Assembly (NCBI GenBank): GCA_963797095.1
Contig: CAWCNY010000008.1
Coordinates: 1 to 64,000, forward strand
Direction: 5' to 3'
Origin: an uncultured Chloroflexia bacterium
GTDB lineage: Bacteria > Chloroflexota > Chloroflexia > QHBQ01 > JADMIH01
DNA: 64,000 nucleotides
Part shown: positions 59,376-64,000 of the stretch, piece by piece
How positions within the stretch are numbered: position 1 is the first letter of the stretch
Layout: each line of letters opens with the position of its first letter
The notes under the pieces: model-generated
What the model was told of the DNA's origin: nothing
Databases searched by the model: none
The model's input: the letters and a program-made list of their open reading frames with translations, nothing else
Made by a program: the position numbers and the translations under genes

Positions 59376-59519
59376 GAGGGCTACCAATAAAGCCGTGCAA
59401 GTGCTATAATCTATAATCAACGCGTATTAATTTCCGGGCCGAAACTAATCTGCTTCTTATGTTTGCGGATTAGACCGGAACGTTTGGTCGCACCAATTTG
59501 CTAGCACAGGGCACCGGCT

Positions 59520-62500
59520 ATGGCTACACCAACGCAGGCAGTAGACCAGTTGCTGGCTACCAAGTTCTTTGTGCCCGTTGCGTCCCAGCCTCTGGTAGCC
59601 CGCACCAGGCTGACTGCTCTACTCAATGAAGGTCTGCACCGCAGGCTCACCCTGGTGTGCGCTCCCACCGGGTTCGGGAAGAGTACGCTCCTTGCCGAAT
59701 GGGTGCGCTCCCTCCCCCCTCCTCCTGACGGCCCCTTTGTGGCCTGGGTCTCTCTCGACGAAGACGACGACAACCCCGCCCGCTTCGGGGACTACATTAT
59801 CTCCGCCCTGGACAGGTCCTTCCCAGGAGTGGGGTCCCGGGCGCTGCAATATCTGCACGCTCCCGAAGGCCGCAACACCAGAACAGGGCTGATCGCCCTC
59901 ATCAACGGCCTGGCAGGCTCCGGCGCAGAGCACCTTCTGGTGCTGGACGATTACCACTACGCAACCGACCCTGAGATCCACAGCGCTCTCGCCTATGTGC
60001 TGGACCACCTCCCTCCAAACGTGCACATCGTCATATCAACCCGCTCGGAGCCTCCCCCTTCCCTGCCTCTGTCCCGGTGGCGCGCACGAGGAGAGCTGGT
60101 GGAGGTGCATACCGACGACCTGCGGACTACTGTTGACGAGGGGATTCGTTTCCTCCGGTATACGGCCGGGGTCGAGCTTCCCGACGCTGAGTCCCAGGAG
60201 CTGATCCAGCGAACGGAAGGGTGGCTTGTGGGTCTGCAACTGCTTGCGCTGTCGGTGCGAGGGAGCTCAGAACCGGTTAGTGTGCTGGAAGAATTGAGCG
60301 GCACCCAGGAATACATCGTCGATTACCTCACCGAGGAAGTGCTGCGCAGGCAGCCGCAAGAGGTGCAGACCTTCTTATTGTCGACTTCAATCCTCAATGA
60401 GCTGAACGCATCCCTGTGTGATGCAGTAATGGGCTACGAGCAAAGCGAGGGGCATGAGGACGATAGTTCGCCTTCGGCTCATCGAATGGGACAGCGGGGG
60501 GCTGGCGAAGGACGAGAGTTCGCAAGCTCATCGGAGGCGGGCTCCGGAAGCCGGAAGTGGGAAGACAGCCAGGCGATACTGCGCTACCTGGAGCGGTCCA
60601 ATCTCTTCCTGGTGCGGCTCGACGCCCAGCGGCAGTGGTACAGATACCATCACCTCTTCGCTGAAGCGCTGCGCTACCAGCTTGAGCACAGAAATGCCGG
60701 ATCTGACGAGCCTGGCACGGCATCAGCGGCCCCGATACCCCTCCTCTACCGGCGGGCAAGCACCTGGTATGCGGCGCGCGGACGAAACAGAGAGGCTGTG
60801 GATTACGCGCTCCTGGCGAGCGATTGGGGCCTGGCGGTGGATTTGATCCAGGCCCAATTGGGCGAAATAACCATGCGAATGCCAGCCGAAATGCCGACCT
60901 TGCGGCGCTGGTTTGCGCGTCTGCCGGAAGCGGTGCTGCATGCCCAACCGCGCCTCTGTATCGCCTATGTGAACGCACTCTTCTGGACCGGCCAGACCTG
61001 GCAAGCATTCCCCTGGCTGGACGCTGCGGAAACGGCGCTCCGAAAGCCTCCCGGCGGTGATATGCCGGCGGGAACGGAGCCTGAATTGGGCGACGAACCA
61101 CGAAGTGGGTACCCAGAACCGGAGCGCGAGAGGATGCTCGGCGATGCTATAGCCAAGCGCGCTTTCACCTTTGCTGCCTTTGAGGAGGACGCGGAGCGTG
61201 CCCTCGCGCTGTGCGACGAAGCGTGCTCGCACCTGGCCGGGGAGGACCACAACGAGCTGAGCATTGTCGCCTGGGCACGCGAGCTCGCTCATATCTCTCT
61301 GGGTCGTGCCACTGACGCGCGAGCCAACGCGTTGGGGAAGGCCGGCCACAGACGTAGTGCAGGGTTCATCTATCTGTATATTGCTGCCTTAGCTGATGTC
61401 GCCGCCTTGTTCCAGGTAGAGGGAAAGCTGCACGCGGCGGAGCAGACATTCGCGCAGGCAATCGCCCTGGGCAATCCGGAAGACCGTCCCGCATATTCCT
61501 CCGCCGCTTTCGCTTACATCTTCGAGGCCGAGTTGTTGCGCGAATGGAACCGGTTGGACGAGGCGTTGGTGGCGGCGAGCAAGGGGCTGCAGATCGCCGG
61601 GGACATGTGGGCCCCAGTGCTGCGTCGCAGCGGCACCTACGAGGTGCTGGTGCGCCTGCACCTGTCGCGGGGCGAATTGGACGAGGCGTTGCATGCCCTG
61701 GAGGGGGCCAACCTCACCCCTGAGCTTGCTCGCGAGGAAGGAGACCCACAGCCCGTTACCGGCATGCAACCGGCGGGGACAGCGCACGATCCCACAGGAC
61801 CACGGGGAGCACAGGGGGAAGGGTTACAAGAACGGTACATGCACCCGTGGTGTGCCGACGCCGAGAGGGTGCGGCTGTGGCTGGCGCGCGGGGAGGTGGA
61901 TCGCGCGGTGCGGTGGGCAGAGCAATTAGTAAGGCAAAGGCAGGTGGACCTCAGCGCCTATGGCAGGCCCTATCCGGCCCAGTACAGGCGCGACTGTGAA
62001 GACGTAGCACGCGCACGCGTCGCGCTCGGCCTCTCCAGGCTCGACGAAGCGCTTGAGATGCTAGAGCCTGTGGCTGTACGTGCCGAGGAGGGAGGCCGCC
62101 GGAGCCATCTGATAGAGATTAAGCTGCTCCAGGCGTTGGCTCACAGCATGCGCTCTCAAAAAGGTGAGAAGGGTGAGGAGGAGAAGGCACTCACGCTTCT
62201 GGAGGAGGCAGTGCGGCTGGGCGAGGCGGAGGGTTTCATACGGAGCTTCGTGGACGAGGGTCCTCGCCTGGCCGCCCTGCTCTCTCGGCTTCGTGCCCGC
62301 GAGCGACACTCTCAGGTCTCGACACCTGGTGCTGGAACGATGGAGTACCTGGACGTACTACTGGCCGCCTTTGAGGGGGATGGACCGGCATCGCTTACTT
62401 CTAAGTCCAAGCGCACGCCGGTAGCGGTCAAGCTAAGAGGCCCAGGCGCGGGGGGGGCGGGCATAGCCGACCGGGTTCTGGTCGAGCCTTTGAGCGAGCG

Positions 62501-62684
62501 TGAGCTTGAGGTGCTGGGCTTGCTGGCGGAGGGGGCATCCAACTCCGAGATAGCCGAGCAACTTGTGCTTGCTATCAACACCGTCAAGCGTCACGTCAGC
62601 AATATCTTTGAGAAGCTTGGGACCTCCAGCCGCACCCAGACGATAGCCCAGGCGCGGGCGCTCGGCCTGCTCGTTGATGAATAG
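59520..62684 (+). CDS. MalT-like (STAND ATPase + TPR + LuxR HTH) transcriptional regulator
   Basis: APTGFGKST, LVLDDYH, TEGW, YRYHHLF, LSERELEVL..NTVKRHVSNIFEKL; GTGCTATAAT at 59401. Confidence 0.92.
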   Translation: MATPTQAVDQLLATKFFVPVASQPLVARTRLTALLNEGLHRRLTLVCAPTGFGKSTLLAEWVRSLPPPPDGPFVAWVSLDEDDDNPARFGDYIISALDRSFPGVGSRALQYLHAPEGRNTRTGLIALINGLAGSGAEHLLVLDDYHYATDPEIHSALAYVLDHLPPNVHIVISTRSEPPPSLPLSRWRARGELVEVHTDDLRTTVDEGIRFLRYTAGVELPDAESQELIQRTEGWLVGLQLLALSVRGSSEPVSVLEELSGTQEYIVDYLTEEVLRRQPQEVQTFLLSTSILNELNASLCDAVMGYEQSEGHEDDSSPSAHRMGQRGAGEGREFASSSEAGSGSRKWEDSQAILRYLERSNLFLVRLDAQRQWYRYHHLFAEALRYQLEHRNAGSDEPGTASAAPIPLLYRRASTWYAARGRNREAVDYALLASDWGLAVDLIQAQLGEITMRMPAEMPTLRRWFARLPEAVLHAQPRLCIAYVNALFWTGQTWQAFPWLDAAETALRKPPGGDMPAGTEPELGDEPRSGYPEPERERMLGDAIAKRAFTFAAFEEDAERALALCDEACSHLAGEDHNELSIVAWARELAHISLGRATDARANALGKAGHRRSAGFIYLYIAALADVAALFQVEGKLHAAEQTFAQAIALGNPEDRPAYSSAAFAYIFEAELLREWNRLDEALVAASKGLQIAGDMWAPVLRRSGTYEVLVRLHLSRGELDEALHALEGANLTPELAREEGDPQPVTGMQPAGTAHDPTGPRGAQGEGLQERYMHPWCADAERVRLWLARGEVDRAVRWAEQLVRQRQVDLSAYGRPYPAQYRRDCEDVARARVALGLSRLDEALEMLEPVAVRAEEGGRRSHLIEIKLLQALAHSMRSQKGEKGEEEKALTLLEEAVRLGEAEGFIRSFVDEGPRLAALLSRLRARERHSQVSTPGAGTMEYLDVLLAAFEGDGPASLTSKSKRTPVAVKLRGPGAGGAGIADRVLVEPLSERELEVLGLLAEGASNSEIAEQLVLAINTVKRHVSNIFEKLGTSSRTQTIAQARALGLLVDE

Positions 62685-62708
62685 CGTTTCGTCTGCTGCG
62701 CTCACCGC

Positions 62709-63029
62709 CTATCCGTCCAAAGGGCGGGTGGAGGACGGGCCTGGGGAGTTTGCGTACACGTCGTATTCGGACTGCTGGTTGACGGTCATTATTCTGAGTA
62801 TTTCAATGTCGCCTTCCTTCAGGTCGTCGTGCAGGAGGTCTCGCTCCGCCTCATCTGCTGCACTGTCTCGCTCAATCCTGGCCGCTTCGCGTTTCAGGTC
62901 GCGTTCTACCCGGCGCCGCACCTGCTCGAGCTTGCCACTCGCCTCACGCATAACTGAATCCAGTTGCGTGAGTGGTGCTGAGTTGTCAGGTTCGCGGGCT
63001 GCCTCGGTTCTCTTGTTATTGCGTGACAT
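62709..63029 (-). CDS. Hypothetical coiled-coil protein
   Basis: GGAGG RBS before ATG 63029. Confidence 0.5.
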   Translation of the reverse strand: MSRNNKRTEAAREPDNSAPLTQLDSVMREASGKLEQVRRRVERDLKREAARIERDSAADEAERDLLHDDLKEGDIEILRIMTVNQQSEYDVYANSPGPSSTRPLDG

Positions 63030-63119
63030 AGTCGTAAGTCCCTCCAGAGGTGCGCCCCTTCTCCGTCCATGTTTCGCAAACGTAGGTATGTGCTCACTCG
63101 AAGAAGGGGCGCTCCACAA

Positions 63120-63566
63120 TTACGCGGTGGTCTTCGCCGGTGGCCGGTTTTCCAGAGATTTGGCGTAGGTCCGTGACTGGGTTGCATCGAGCATGGCCGC
63201 GTTCGCCTCAGCCGCCGCCGTATTAGCAAACTCGGTGGCAAGCTCGGCGTAGGCTTCATCCAGATCAGCGGCCATTTGCGCGGTGTCCACATCAAGAGCA
63301 GTCTTGTTCGCAGCCGCTCTGGTGCGCGCGGCAGCAACCTGGTCGTTGAAGCTCTTCTGCACACCGCGCCAGTGCGCAGACACGGAGTCGTGGATGTTGT
63401 CCAGCTTGCCCGAGAACGCAGCCTGGGCCTCCTGCACCGACTTCTGAGCCTCTGCGACTTCCGCGTCGAGTTCCTGTACATTCTCCTCATTGAGCTCAAC
63501 AGCGCGCTTTTCAAAGGCGGCTGCCTTCTGGCTCATTTCGAGCAATTGTTCCGATAGCTTCTTCAT
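63120..63566 (-). CDS. Ala-rich coiled-coil hypothetical protein
   Basis: MKKLSEQL..; AGGAG RBS. Confidence 0.7.
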   Translation of the reverse strand: MKKLSEQLLEMSQKAAAFEKRAVELNEENVQELDAEVAEAQKSVQEAQAAFSGKLDNIHDSVSAHWRGVQKSFNDQVAAARTRAAANKTALDVDTAQMAADLDEAYAELATEFANTAAAEANAAMLDATQSRTYAKSLENRPPAKTTA

Positions 63567-63867
63567 TGTCTTCTCCTTTTGTCTTTGTCCTTGTGCCCAA
63601 GTTTGTCCTGGTCTCTACCGGCTATGAAGCATATCTCTGCCGGCAATTGCAGTGTAGCCGTCTTCTAACCGGTGGTCATGGCCCGAAAGTGCCAAAAGCC
63701 GGAATCAACTCTGGAGAGGCCTGGCCGGCCCTCGATGATACTTTGTAGCCAAAGGACCTGGCCTTTCGTATCCCAACTTGTGACGCGCTTTTGGCACTCT
63801 TGGGCCATGACCAGGGGCGTACCTGCATCTATACTTCGGATGCAGGCTCAACCTGTAACAGCCATAA

Positions 63868-63936
63868 GCTGACCGGAAAAGCCGACGGCTGACGGCTGAC
63901 GGCTGACAACCGATAACTGTTAGCTGATAGCTGACA
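63868..63936. repeat. Degenerate GCTGAC(G/A) heptamer repeats
   Basis: GCCGACG GCTGACG GCTGACG GCTGACA..GCTGATA GCTGACA upstream of a gene starting at the window edge. Confidence 0.7.
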
Positions 63937-64000
63937 ACAAGGAGTTAGGGATATGAAATCGCCACAAGTTATAGCTCGCCCACTGGCAGCTTCTATCTTC

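Noticed and set aside
59477-59491. LexA box upstream of the MalT-like regulator (GAACGTTTGGTC)
   Set aside because: Single imperfect match with no supporting context.

Overview
This is a GC-rich bacterial accessory region; gene content and short-repeat style suggest Chloroflexota, which is an inference. It opens with the 3' half of a tRNA-Lys(UUU), arm-like direct repeats and a terminator, i.e. the att junction of an element lying to the left. About 52 kb of decaying genomic island follows. It holds about 12 toxin-antitoxin loci, often with a broken toxin, and three degenerate copies of one backbone: SRAP / TA-derived promoter + RHH-pRiA4b-ORF3 / variable cargo / a conserved TTATTATAC-N14-GTATAATAA palindrome / tyrosine integrase + RHH / AbiEi. 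It also holds a 5'-truncated TnpB with its right end, an intact 1491-aa nuclease-SF1 helicase, an operon with two tandem BrxD/DUF2791-like ATPases, an IMPase-ADP-ribosylglycohydrolase fusion, an McrC remnant and small resistance-type genes. Many junctions show microhomology. After about 52.7 kb the DNA looks more like core genome: DUF1269, HdeD, a P450 split by a complete IS701-like element, an IS481-like element and a MalT-like LuxR regulator. I saw no CRISPR array, rRNA or reverse transcriptase. All family calls come from motif recognition by eye, not from database searches.
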